From assembly GCA_016658885.1 (NCBI GenBank), contig GCA_016658885.1_4807.1: a stretch of DNA of 64,000 nucleotides; one strand, 5' to 3'. This document shows positions 55,461-64,000 of this stretch, piece after piece. The first letter of the stretch is position 1; every line of letters starts with the position of its first letter. Made by a program: the position numbers and the translations under genes. Below the pieces are notes generated by a model. That model worked only from the letters and a program-made list of their open reading frames with translations, was not told the origin of the DNA and did not search any database. Source of the DNA: a phage.

Positions 55461-55847
55461 TCAAGTAGACACTGGAAAGCTTTGTTTTATTTCCACGGCA
55501 AGGCAAGTCGTCCAACCATCTTGTTCAAACCATGTCGTTTCATCTTCCATTTTATACGTTTTCCCACCAAACACAAAATAGTCGCCGGAAGCGTCGCGGT
55601 CAAGGTCAACGATGTCTTTGTCCACCCAGATTTTGACATAGTTCTTTTGAAGCTCTAATCCAAGCTCGACGTATTGGTTTCGAAGTACAGCCTGCACCGA
55701 AGCAAGTAGAGTGATTGGTTTTTCATAAGTGGTAACATAGTTGCGCATCTTATCAAGGGCGCGCCCCTTGTACATGTAATATTGAATCGGTTGGCGACCG
55801 ATGACCTTTGTCGCAACTCGATATAAGTTTACGCCAGGAATCCTCAC
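55461..55847 (-). CDS. hypothetical protein (128 aa)
   Basis: ORF track. Confidence 0.4.
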   Translation of the reverse strand: MRIPGVNLYRVATKVIGRQPIQYYMYKGRALDKMRNYVTTYEKPITLLASVQAVLRNQYVELGLELQKNYVKIWVDKDIVDLDRDASGDYFVFGGKTYKMEDETTWFEQDGWTTCLAVEIKQSFPVST

Positions 55848-56308
55848 CAGAATACCCCACCAATTTTACGAAATCCTTCGCGCTCTGGAAGACCGCCAAA
55901 CGACAAGCCGCCGACAGCCAGTGCTTGCAGAAGCGCCCAAAGCGCCATGCCATAAGGAGTGCTTGAAAGCCAGTATTCCCAGCCATCACTCGCAGGCGGC
56001 GCGACTTTATTCACTGTGATGTCACCAATTGTTGCGCCAGTCACGAAGCCGCCTTGTTCAACTCCGTCACCAGAAGACACGGACACCTGTTGGTCTGTGG
56101 CTATGCATAAAAGATGAGCCGTCATATATTCCAATGCCAGCTCCAATTTACTGCCATTTAAAACACGACAAGGACTGTCTTGTGATTCAATAAATTCACA
56201 TGCCATGTCATAGAATACTTGAAGCGTTGTGTCAGGGAATTTTACCTGATCAGCAAACTGTGGAAATTTTATTCTGAACTTTTCGTAATCTAATGACATG
56301 GCATTCAC
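55844..56308 (-). CDS. hypothetical protein (154 aa)
   Basis: ORF track. Confidence 0.4.
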   Translation of the reverse strand: MNAMSLDYEKFRIKFPQFADQVKFPDTTLQVFYDMACEFIESQDSPCRVLNGSKLELALEYMTAHLLCIATDQQVSVSSGDGVEQGGFVTGATIGDITVNKVAPPASDGWEYWLSSTPYGMALWALLQALAVGGLSFGGLPEREGFRKIGGVFW

Positions 56309-56313
56309 CTTAT

Positions 56314-56778
56314 TTAAACGCGGAACAAATCATCTTCTTGTTCGCCGCTCAATTTAACCTTGATGCGCTTGTCAGCCGTCTCACGCGTCATAGGTGCGAA
56401 CGGGTCATCTGACATGCCGCGCACTTCTTTAGCGACAGCTTTATGATTGCCAACGATGTCGTGGTTAACCACTTTAACCAGACCTTTTTCAAGGTGCTGC
56501 TTGAATACGTGATGATCTTTTAAATGTTCAAAATCAGCATCGCTTACAACGGTGACGATTCCTTCAGGAGTCCACAAAGGTGCACCATCAGCGCCTTTTG
56601 CCATTTCACCAAAGCCGGAAGTTGCCGAAGTAAGACCAGCACCGCCCTTGATCAGAATCTGTTTGCGAATATTTGGAAGAGCGCCTGAACCAGCTTTTGC
56701 ATTCGGGTTTTCTTTCACTTCCGTATAGAAAGTGTAGTTGACTGACATAGACATAGTTGAAACGATGTATTTTGGCAT
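56314..56778 (-). CDS. hypothetical protein (154 aa)
   Basis: ORF track. Confidence 0.4.
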   Translation of the reverse strand: MPKYIVSTMSMSVNYTFYTEVKENPNAKAGSGALPNIRKQILIKGGAGLTSATSGFGEMAKGADGAPLWTPEGIVTVVSDADFEHLKDHHVFKQHLEKGLVKVVNHDIVGNHKAVAKEVRGMSDDPFAPMTRETADKRIKVKLSGEQEDDLFRV

Positions 56779-56893
56779 TTTGTAGTCCTATTTATATAAG
56801 CCTCAGATAAGCCCCTACAGCCCTTGAGGTCTATTGATATGGGGCGAAGCCTTTCGACCACGCCCCATGTGTTTTACTGTGTAATCACAGCAA

Positions 56894-58033
56894 TTAAATA
56901 CCAGTCATACGGACGACTGCGAACGGACGCTTGAGCAGAACGCCTGCTGTTGCGTTTGCGTAGTCTTCAACGTAGCTCTTAGCACGCTTTTCAACGCCCA
57001 GAGTCATGAACTTGGTTTGAACCAGCTGACTGAATACGGAACCATCATCGCTTGAACCATCGATTGAGGAATCGATGTGATCAGCGTACAGGTATGCCAC
57101 GTTCAAGAAAGTCGGGTCGCTGCCAAGTGCGCCGTTGAGTTCCGGTGCAGACTTGATCTTCATCTTCGGATAAGTCTGGGTGATCCAGTCACGTACAGAA
57201 ATACCGAAGTCAGTGGTGTTTGACAGCCAATCGATAGAGTTGGTCGGCAGCGCCAGAGTCATGTCAACCTTCTCTGGATCAATCTGGTCCTGAGAGTTCA
57301 CACGAATTTGACGAACCATCAAACGGATGTCTGCAGTCACCTGTTGGAAGGTCGCAGTAGCCCAGCCGGAAGTGGTGTTGGAAGTCATCGCCGCTGGCAG
57401 GTTTGGATCATTCAGGAAGCCGAACGTGCGGTTGTTCCCGTTGTACCAACCATAGAAGCCGATTGCGTTACGCATGATTTCCAGAGATACAGCAGCCTGC
57501 TGGCGCTTGGTTTCTGCGGAGTTCAGACGCATCGCAGACGCGCGGCCTTCTTCCAGCATACCAACTGCCATACCCATTTCGCCACGAACGATAGAGCGAC
57601 GTTCAAAGTTTACGTTCCAGCTTGCAAGAGGAATAGCGGTGAAATCACCATATTCAACTGCGGTGCCAGCTGGTTCAACGATGCCCTGAACGATTTCTGC
57701 ATCTTCCCACTGGCCAACGGTATCAATACCAACCAGCTCGTCGATTTTACGAGCGGCGGTCATGATTTTGACGAAGCCAGGCAACCACTGCTGCAGGAAC
57801 TGCAACGGGGTCGGGATTGACGGAGTGGTCTGCGGCGCAGTAAACGCGGCATCACCTACGCGGAAAGCGCCTGCACGGTTTAAGTGCTCAATCTGATCAC
57901 GCACAATCGCGGAATCAAACACAATACCGATACGAGCAAGCTGGGAAACAGCCGCGTCGGTTACGGATTGCATATCAAAAGGACGCACCTTGCTCGCTGG
58001 GAGGCGAGAGTGTGTTTGGCTAATGCGAGTCAT
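56894..58033 (-). CDS. major capsid protein (putative)
   Basis: 379 aa, downstream of protease/scaffold gene. Confidence 0.55.
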   Translation of the reverse strand: MTRISQTHSRLPASKVRPFDMQSVTDAAVSQLARIGIVFDSAIVRDQIEHLNRAGAFRVGDAAFTAPQTTPSIPTPLQFLQQWLPGFVKIMTAARKIDELVGIDTVGQWEDAEIVQGIVEPAGTAVEYGDFTAIPLASWNVNFERRSIVRGEMGMAVGMLEEGRASAMRLNSAETKRQQAAVSLEIMRNAIGFYGWYNGNNRTFGFLNDPNLPAAMTSNTTSGWATATFQQVTADIRLMVRQIRVNSQDQIDPEKVDMTLALPTNSIDWLSNTTDFGISVRDWITQTYPKMKIKSAPELNGALGSDPTFLNVAYLYADHIDSSIDGSSDDGSVFSQLVQTKFMTLGVEKRAKSYVEDYANATAGVLLKRPFAVVRMTGI

Positions 58034-58047
58034 TATTCACCTGCCTA

Positions 58048-58665
58048 TTAACGAGTCAATTGTGCAATGGTATAAGTGGAAGACTGGACGCTTGGGCCGG
58101 AAAGGGCAATAGCAGTCGGGTCAATCACGATACCGCCTGGAATGGCAACCATGCCAGCTGGCAGTGAGCCAGTATAGGCGATAATTGCACCAATAGGCAA
58201 GTTGTTCGGGTTGTCCGTGCTGGAGATGCCTTTAGGTACATAAGCGAGCAAATCGCCGTAGTTCAACGTCTGCGGGCTGGTGCTTGGGTTGAATACTTCA
58301 ACTACGAGGCCCGTGCACATATCGTAGAACTCGCCTTCGCTATATTGAGGCAGGACCATGCTGGCACCCAAAGGACCAGTAGAGTTGCCATACAGCGCGT
58401 AACGCTTGCTATTGCCGAGGATGCCGTAGTAGTTGGTGCCGCCAAGCTCAACTTCAAAGTCCTGCGCGCCCAAAGTTTTGGTTTGACCAGTACCCATTAA
58501 GGATACGTCAGCCTTAAAACCGAACACACGGCTGATGGCGTTTACGTTTGCGCCTTCGTTGGCGTTGGCAATTCGGCCTGGCTTCCCACGCTGTGGGCCG
58601 TCGCGAACGATGTCGCCAGGAAAGCCAGTTGTATATTGACGGCCTACACTAGTTTGGAAAGTCAT
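58048..58665 (-). CDS. hypothetical head protein, possible decoration protein
   Basis: ORF track trimmed to ATG 58665 after AAGGGG. Confidence 0.4.
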   Translation of the reverse strand: MTFQTSVGRQYTTGFPGDIVRDGPQRGKPGRIANANEGANVNAISRVFGFKADVSLMGTGQTKTLGAQDFEVELGGTNYYGILGNSKRYALYGNSTGPLGASMVLPQYSEGEFYDMCTGLVVEVFNPSTSPQTLNYGDLLAYVPKGISSTDNPNNLPIGAIIAYTGSLPAGMVAIPGGIVIDPTAIALSGPSVQSSTYTIAQLTR

Positions 58666-58667
58666 GT

Positions 58668-60086
58668 TTATTCCCCTTTCAACCAAGCTTCAAATGCTTC
58701 GTCAGTTGCTGCAGAATCCGCAGCGGCCTTTTGTTTTGCGACTACACGCTGTTTTTGACCGTGTTCAACGCCGCGTAGATAATTATCCACCACGTCAAAC
58801 TCAGCACCATCAACGCACTTCAAGCCTAACTTTTTAGCGCCATATTTCGCTACGGACTTGGAGTCCATAGTTGCATGATCAAAGGCACCAACAACTTTAG
58901 ACAGGCGCTGGTAGAGGCTATTCTTACGAGCAGAATCAGCGTAGAAAGCAGCAACTGCTGAATCAGATGCCATTGAGTGTTCCCCTTTTGCTGGACCTGG
59001 CGACGCTTTCGCCGCTTTTGTCGGTTTGTCATCTTTTTCGACCGAAGCCCCCTTTACGTTGCTGTTTTGCAGGCCGCTAACCACATCTTCAGCTTTGTCG
59101 CAAGGTGATACATCTTCAGCCTTGACTTCAACTTCTTCGTCTTTGACTTCGGCTTCAACTTCTTCTTCATCACCTACCGCGCCACCTTTCAGTTTTGCAA
59201 TAAGTGCTTCGATTTGGCTGATCAGTTGCGGAAGCTCGCCGCCAGCGTGAGATTCAGTTTCAACTTCAAACTTCTCTTCACCTTCTGGAGTCTCTTCAGC
59301 TTCTGCTTTGACTTCTGGATCAACCATCACTTCTTCACGTTCTTCGGTTGAATCCTTCTCTTCTGCTTTCACTTCAACTTCGTCCTGATGAGCAGCTTCG
59401 GTGCTCTCTTCATTCAGAAATTGTTCGAGCGCAGGGATCAGTGATTTCAGCTGTTCAACAGCATTATCACGCGCTTTACCTTTTAACGGTTTTGGCATGT
59501 CTAAATCCTCGTTGGATGGTGTTACAGTCGTCAAACAAAGATGGTCAAAGCAACGACCATCCAGCACCCGTGCACCTGGTACTCGACCAACGTCCACGAG
59601 AGCAATGTGGTTGCCGCGAAGAGTTGTTTGTACCACTTCATACGGCTGCCCGTCAAACTCTCCAGACTGTATGATGAATTCACAGTCATAGCCCAAAGAC
59701 AAGTCAACCTTTCCAGAATCGATGGCCTTCTTCAGACGACGGCTAAAAACTTTAAGGTCGCCGCGCATCCATGGCTTGTCATAATAAACATTGCCAGTTA
59801 GAACGCCATCAACGCCATACTCTTCGGGTGCTGTGTTATCCTCATCACCTTCGAATCCAGAAAGCATTTCGTGATTGTCGATGAAAGGGATATTTTTGAA
59901 TGAATCTATCGCTTCGGGGTCTTTCACCGCTGACTCTGGGCGATAAACTTTTACGATGCGATTCGGATCACCATCAAGTCCAACCTGACCTGCAGAATAA
60001 TCAAAAATGCCAAATGACGAAATGGGACAACCCACAATCGTCAAGAATCCATTTTTGTCAATTTCGCGTGCCGTTTGCATTCGCAT
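58668..60086 (-). CDS. prohead protease / scaffold-like protein
   Basis: Globular N-terminal domain followed by highly acidic EEVEAEVKDEEVEVKAED region. Confidence 0.5.
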   Translation of the reverse strand: MRMQTAREIDKNGFLTIVGCPISSFGIFDYSAGQVGLDGDPNRIVKVYRPESAVKDPEAIDSFKNIPFIDNHEMLSGFEGDEDNTAPEEYGVDGVLTGNVYYDKPWMRGDLKVFSRRLKKAIDSGKVDLSLGYDCEFIIQSGEFDGQPYEVVQTTLRGNHIALVDVGRVPGARVLDGRCFDHLCLTTVTPSNEDLDMPKPLKGKARDNAVEQLKSLIPALEQFLNEESTEAAHQDEVEVKAEEKDSTEEREEVMVDPEVKAEAEETPEGEEKFEVETESHAGGELPQLISQIEALIAKLKGGAVGDEEEVEAEVKDEEVEVKAEDVSPCDKAEDVVSGLQNSNVKGASVEKDDKPTKAAKASPGPAKGEHSMASDSAVAAFYADSARKNSLYQRLSKVVGAFDHATMDSKSVAKYGAKKLGLKCVDGAEFDVVDNYLRGVEHGQKQRVVAKQKAAADSAATDEAFEAWLKGE

Positions 60087-60189
60087 CCACCCTCAAATAA
60101 GTATTGTGTATTATATCTAATGAAAAAAACTTAGGCAAACAATAATTATGGTTTGAATATGTATAACAACCGATATAGCCGCGCCTTAA

Positions 60190-60462
60190 TTAGTGTGATA
60201 CGGATGATACGGATAAAATGAGGCGTATTTTTATCCGTATCGGTGTATAAGCCGCGCTATCACTGGTGTGCTACGGATGATACGGATGATACGGATACTT
60301 TTCATATATAAGAGTTTATAAAAAAAATAAAATTAAATTAGATATATAATTTTAAATTAATTTATTTGAATTCCTATAAAGTATCGCGGCAACGCGTATC
60401 ATCCGTATCATCCGTAAGATTCTTTTGAAAACAACTACTTACTTGATACGGATGATACGTCA
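60190..60462. repeat. iteron-like repeat region with AT-rich core (origin-like), copy 2
   Basis: GATACGGATGATACGGATA, CGTATCATCCGTATCATCCGTAAGATT and AT-rich 60300-60370 block; mirrors 7222..7590. Confidence 0.6.
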
Positions 60463-60713
60463 TTATACGCGTGAAATCCTGCGGCAATCCATTGCCAGGC
60501 GATTCAGTGAATATTAAATAGCACTCCTGCAACTAAAACGCCAATCAGCATTGAGTCATAAACAGCCCATTTCCAAGAAAGCAAAGAGTTGCAATTAATA
60601 TTTCGCACTTTAACATAACGTGACTGAATAATCTTTTGCATAACTTCCTCTTTAGTTCATATCAAATTAATAATTGCACAGTTTAAATTGCGCTTATTTA
60701 CAACTATCTTAAT

Positions 60714-61565
60714 TCAGATAATTGGTATTTTCCTGCACTTGCAGTGTATTGCCCATCCAGGAGGACCGATGTCACCCTTTTTGAACTTCAATTCGCCGCC
60801 AACTTCCCATAGGCGCTTGTCATCAAGTTTGAATCTCATTCCGTCGACGTGTTCATGAGAGATTCGCGGCTCCTTTCCTGCTCCTGAGTGCGCCCACTCA
60901 AATTCTTCGACTCCATTCTGGCGCATCCTTTCATCGCTTAGAACGCAATACAATTTGCTTGTCTGGTCTTTAGCGATTAAGTCGACTCTCTTTGCAGAGA
61001 AGTGCTTTACGTTTCGCAACGCCGCCTGAATGCCTGACGTGCCTTGCTGGGCTGGGTCAGGCGAAGTCAGCGAAAGCATGACTGCTTCGTACACTCTGTT
61101 GTGAATATCCTCGCCGACCTTAGTAACTAGAGTCGTGTTAAACGTCTCGCTTGTTCTAAGAGTGTTCTCAACGAATTTGTTATATGTGGCCTTTGGCGCT
61201 TCTATGCCTGCGGACTTAAGGCTTGCGAATGTAGCAGAAGTGGCACCCTTTTCGACCGATTTGATAAAATCAGCGGCAATCTTCGACCCAACACGTGCAA
61301 ATGCCTTTGCCCATTTCAGTTGCAGCCGTTTCATAAGGGTCTGGAATGTCGAATCAGCAGAGTCTTGCGCAAAGAACTTCTGCACCTGCTTCTTTTCAAG
61401 CCACTCTGAAATTCCTGCCTGATAGTCATCAATCATCGCATAGCAAAGACCTTTCATCTCACGACGGTAGGCCATCGCAATAGCGTTTGATGGGATTATC
61501 GGACTGCCGCGCCCGATTCTATCGGGTGAGCGGCGTTCACGTTTTTTCGAAGCTTTAAAAGCCAT
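60714..61565 (-). CDS. minor head / head morphogenesis protein (Mu F-like)
   Basis: Start trimmed to MAFKASKK; position directly after portal gene. Confidence 0.5.
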   Translation of the reverse strand: MAFKASKKRERRSPDRIGRGSPIIPSNAIAMAYRREMKGLCYAMIDDYQAGISEWLEKKQVQKFFAQDSADSTFQTLMKRLQLKWAKAFARVGSKIAADFIKSVEKGATSATFASLKSAGIEAPKATYNKFVENTLRTSETFNTTLVTKVGEDIHNRVYEAVMLSLTSPDPAQQGTSGIQAALRNVKHFSAKRVDLIAKDQTSKLYCVLSDERMRQNGVEEFEWAHSGAGKEPRISHEHVDGMRFKLDDKRLWEVGGELKFKKGDIGPPGWAIHCKCRKIPII

Positions 61566-61566
61566 A

Positions 61567-63942
61567 TCAACCTTGCTTCGGTGAATTAGTAGGATTATTG
61601 AGCGCTCCGTATGCTTGAGAGCAATCACCCTTCAACCACTCCTTGAATGAGTCTACATCTAATTCGTGGATTGAATCGAATCCATTCCAACCGTTACCAA
61701 ATGACGCCTGATAAGCTTCTTTAGCTTCTTCTGCTGAATCGAATCCAAGCATGCATTTGTGTTCATCAAATTCGCCAGAATAATTATCATTTTGGTTAAC
61801 GATGAATACTTTAGGCGACTTCATATTTGGTCCAACAAAGCAGTCGACTTCATCACCATCAGCACCCTTGGTGCCTTTGATGAATCCGTAGTGGTGCGCC
61901 ATTTTGACTGCCCATTCACCATCAAGACTGTTACCCCTGCGAATGCTGTTGCGAGGATTCTCGATGCCAAGAATCATCCCGTGCAACTTCATCTTAGGCA
62001 GCGACGCTGCATCCATCTTCCCTACGTTGTGTCGCAAGTTGACGACATTTCCTTTTACGCTTGGAATCGTGGACGGTTGCACCGACCTTGCATCTTTTTG
62101 AGGGTCAAAATCCACATCCTGACCTTCTTTAAGGTAATAGTCAGCAATACCCTCCAGACCTTCTTTCAGTTGCGTTAGGACATCAACGTGATGGCTTGAT
62201 TCGTCATCGGTATCATCCATGTTAATCTCAACTGGTGCCCTGTCAGGGTTTTCTGCCAACTCACCACGCGCGGCACCTTCCGGCATTATACCAGTCTCGC
62301 TATAGAACTGGCCGCTCATCTTGACAACATCAGCCTTGGCCTGTTCAATATCGGCCTTACCTTGCAGAACTTCACCAGCAGACTTGCCAAGCAATGCCAT
62401 ATTCTCTGGAGACATCCCTGGGGTTTCTTCTGCTGCTTCTTCCGGCAAACGGTTGTAGCCGCTGTTTTTGTCGTCCTTGATGCGGTCGCGCTCTTCATCA
62501 GGGGAGATTACGCCAGCATCGATGAGAGTCTTACCAGTATTCGCTCGTTTGTCGTTAATCTCTGCAAGCTGAGTAGCAGTAAGTGAACCAACTGGCTCCC
62601 ATGCCACTTTAACGTCGACTTCCACGCCTTCAGATTTCAAAAGGATTTTATAGTGACGGTCCAGAATCTTCGTCAAATCGTGCTGCTGACAAGTTTCCAA
62701 TTCTTCGTGATAGCTGACCATCTCGAACTCACCAGTGGCGTTAAAGCCTTTAGGTGACGTCCCTAACAGTTTTGTCGACGGCACTTTTGCGATTGCGGCC
62801 ACCAGCTGGTACTGGTTCATGATGATGCTGTCGAAGTCTGACAAGTTGATGTCGAACTGGTCCATTTCTTCTTTCTGACCAAGCACTTTGACTGCATAGT
62901 TGTCGCGGTACTTGATCCACATCATCAGACGTTCTGCAAAAGACCGCTCATTGGCAATAGCCTTGTCAACGTCGGTCCGCAGCGTCGTTGTACGCTTGGA
63001 CATCGCCAGCAATGGCGCTTCGTTAGCGGTACGTTCAGCGGCATAGATGCGTTCATAAATCTGCTGAGTCAGAGGAATGCCGCCGTAAATATAAGTCGGC
63101 TTGAGAATATCAGCTGGCTCATCGTTGCGCAAGATTATGAGGTGGCTGCGATGATAACGTTGTCCGCTGATTACCCAATATTCTGGGTCATAGAAGTGCT
63201 GTGATGCAGGGTCTGCTGTGTTTTCAGACGTCAGAAACGGCATCATCCAATAAGGGTCAACCTGAATGATTCCCTTATAAGACCCCTTTGTCACACCATC
63301 AATGTTAAAAGGCTTGCTGTAATATTCTGGGTCATCGCTACGCACATCAAATATGATGACGCGGATACCAAAAATATTTTTGAATCGTTCGGCTTCAACT
63401 AAGTGCTCTTTGATATTAAATTCTTTATCAATTTGCTTTAGGCGTTCGCTTGCCTGTACTGACAATTCTGACTCAGAACTGGATTTAACTTCCCAACCTT
63501 TACGGACCGCATCGCGGCCTACCATGGAACACGCCTTGTTCACCAGCCAATGCTGTGCGATGATGGCACAAGCTTGATAGCCGATGAATGACTGTGACAA
63601 ATACCAGTTTTGAAGTTGAATAGGTACTGTGTATGGGTTGACTTGCCCTTCTGAACTGATGTTCTTTAAGGCATTATCCATAACCTTTTTGGATACTGTT
63701 GCGGAATCGACTGAACGACCTTTTATGATTGCAACACCATCGCCATTAATATCAGGCTCATATAAAGGGAAGTCATCAACCGTTTTAAAGGTCGGTCGAT
63801 TGCTTTCAGTCTTTTCCCAGCGTTGACCGCTGCCGCGCCTTGCAAGGCGTTCAAACGGTGCCAATGGGTCGCCTGGCGGCATCTCCGCTGGTTCGGCTTC
63901 TGGTTGCGTCTTCTCCCAGAGTTTTATGCCAAGAATTTTCAT
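61567..63942 (-). CDS. portal protein with C-terminal inorganic-pyrophosphatase-like extension
   Basis: About 790 aa; start ATG 63942 after AGGTGG; C-terminal HYGFIKGTKGADGDEVDCFV resembles PPase NYGYI...DGDPVDVLV. Confidence 0.55.
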   Translation of the reverse strand: MKILGIKLWEKTQPEAEPAEMPPGDPLAPFERLARRGSGQRWEKTESNRPTFKTVDDFPLYEPDINGDGVAIIKGRSVDSATVSKKVMDNALKNISSEGQVNPYTVPIQLQNWYLSQSFIGYQACAIIAQHWLVNKACSMVGRDAVRKGWEVKSSSESELSVQASERLKQIDKEFNIKEHLVEAERFKNIFGIRVIIFDVRSDDPEYYSKPFNIDGVTKGSYKGIIQVDPYWMMPFLTSENTADPASQHFYDPEYWVISGQRYHRSHLIILRNDEPADILKPTYIYGGIPLTQQIYERIYAAERTANEAPLLAMSKRTTTLRTDVDKAIANERSFAERLMMWIKYRDNYAVKVLGQKEEMDQFDINLSDFDSIIMNQYQLVAAIAKVPSTKLLGTSPKGFNATGEFEMVSYHEELETCQQHDLTKILDRHYKILLKSEGVEVDVKVAWEPVGSLTATQLAEINDKRANTGKTLIDAGVISPDEERDRIKDDKNSGYNRLPEEAAEETPGMSPENMALLGKSAGEVLQGKADIEQAKADVVKMSGQFYSETGIMPEGAARGELAENPDRAPVEINMDDTDDESSHHVDVLTQLKEGLEGIADYYLKEGQDVDFDPQKDARSVQPSTIPSVKGNVVNLRHNVGKMDAASLPKMKLHGMILGIENPRNSIRRGNSLDGEWAVKMAHHYGFIKGTKGADGDEVDCFVGPNMKSPKVFIVNQNDNYSGEFDEHKCMLGFDSAEEAKEAYQASFGNGWNGFDSIHELDVDSFKEWLKGDCSQAYGALNNPTNSPKQG

Positions 63943-64000
63943 TGTTAACGCCACCTGACAGTGAAAGGGAATCAATCTATATTATAAATATTCATGTGTT

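Noticed and set aside
1-64000. Integrated prophage or mobile element boundaries, integrase, transposase
   Set aside because: No tyrosine or serine recombinase, transposase motif, att-like repeat flanking a tRNA, or repressor/antirepressor pair was recognised; the segment reads as a contiguous lytic-phage genome.
1-64000. tRNA or other structured RNA genes
   Set aside because: No cloverleaf-compatible sequence with a T-loop GTTCRANYC consensus was seen in intergenic regions; the repeat regions are simple iterons rather than tRNA-like. A tRNAscan-type search would be needed to be certain.

Overview
The window is a gene-dense segment of a tailed dsDNA bacteriophage genome (virulent-looking: no integrase, repressor or attachment site recognised). 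Layout: (i) 1-3431, plus-strand tail-fibre gene (5' end cut by the window) with an intramolecular-chaperone C-terminus, then four small ORFs; (ii) 3440-7816, a repeat-rich accessory region with several short-repeat families, a CpG-rich four-gene island with its own promoter/hairpin cassette, an ATAGTGCAAAT motif array and an iteron/AT-rich origin-like region; (iii) 7817-20305, minus-strand early array of about 35 small ORFs plus a VirE/D5-like primase-helicase and a putative primase; (iv) 20466-38508, plus-strand replication and nucleotide-metabolism module (Dda-like helicase, ThyX-like protein, FAD-binding protein, HAD phosphatase, SDR, DnaQ-like exonuclease, HNH-AP2 endonuclease, DnaE-type polymerase, VRR-NUC, SNF2 helicase, SSB-like protein, embedded spanin pair, MazG-like protein, DNA ligase); (v) 38534-63975, minus-strand lysis and morphogenesis module (GH19 endolysin, tail fibres, baseplate, tape measure with SLT domain, duplicated tail tube, sheath, capsid, protease/scaffold, Mu F-like protein, portal) interrupted at 60190-60462 by a second iteron/AT-rich region. 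No rRNA, tRNA or CRISPR array was recognised. The most novel-looking candidates are the 23108-27699 enzyme cluster around a ThyX-like protein with an RTR (not RHR) motif, the 3800-6113 acidic-protein island with covarying leader hairpins, and a portal protein with a pyrophosphatase-like C-terminal extension. All functional calls are from motif recognition by eye; no database search was run, and start codons are best guesses.
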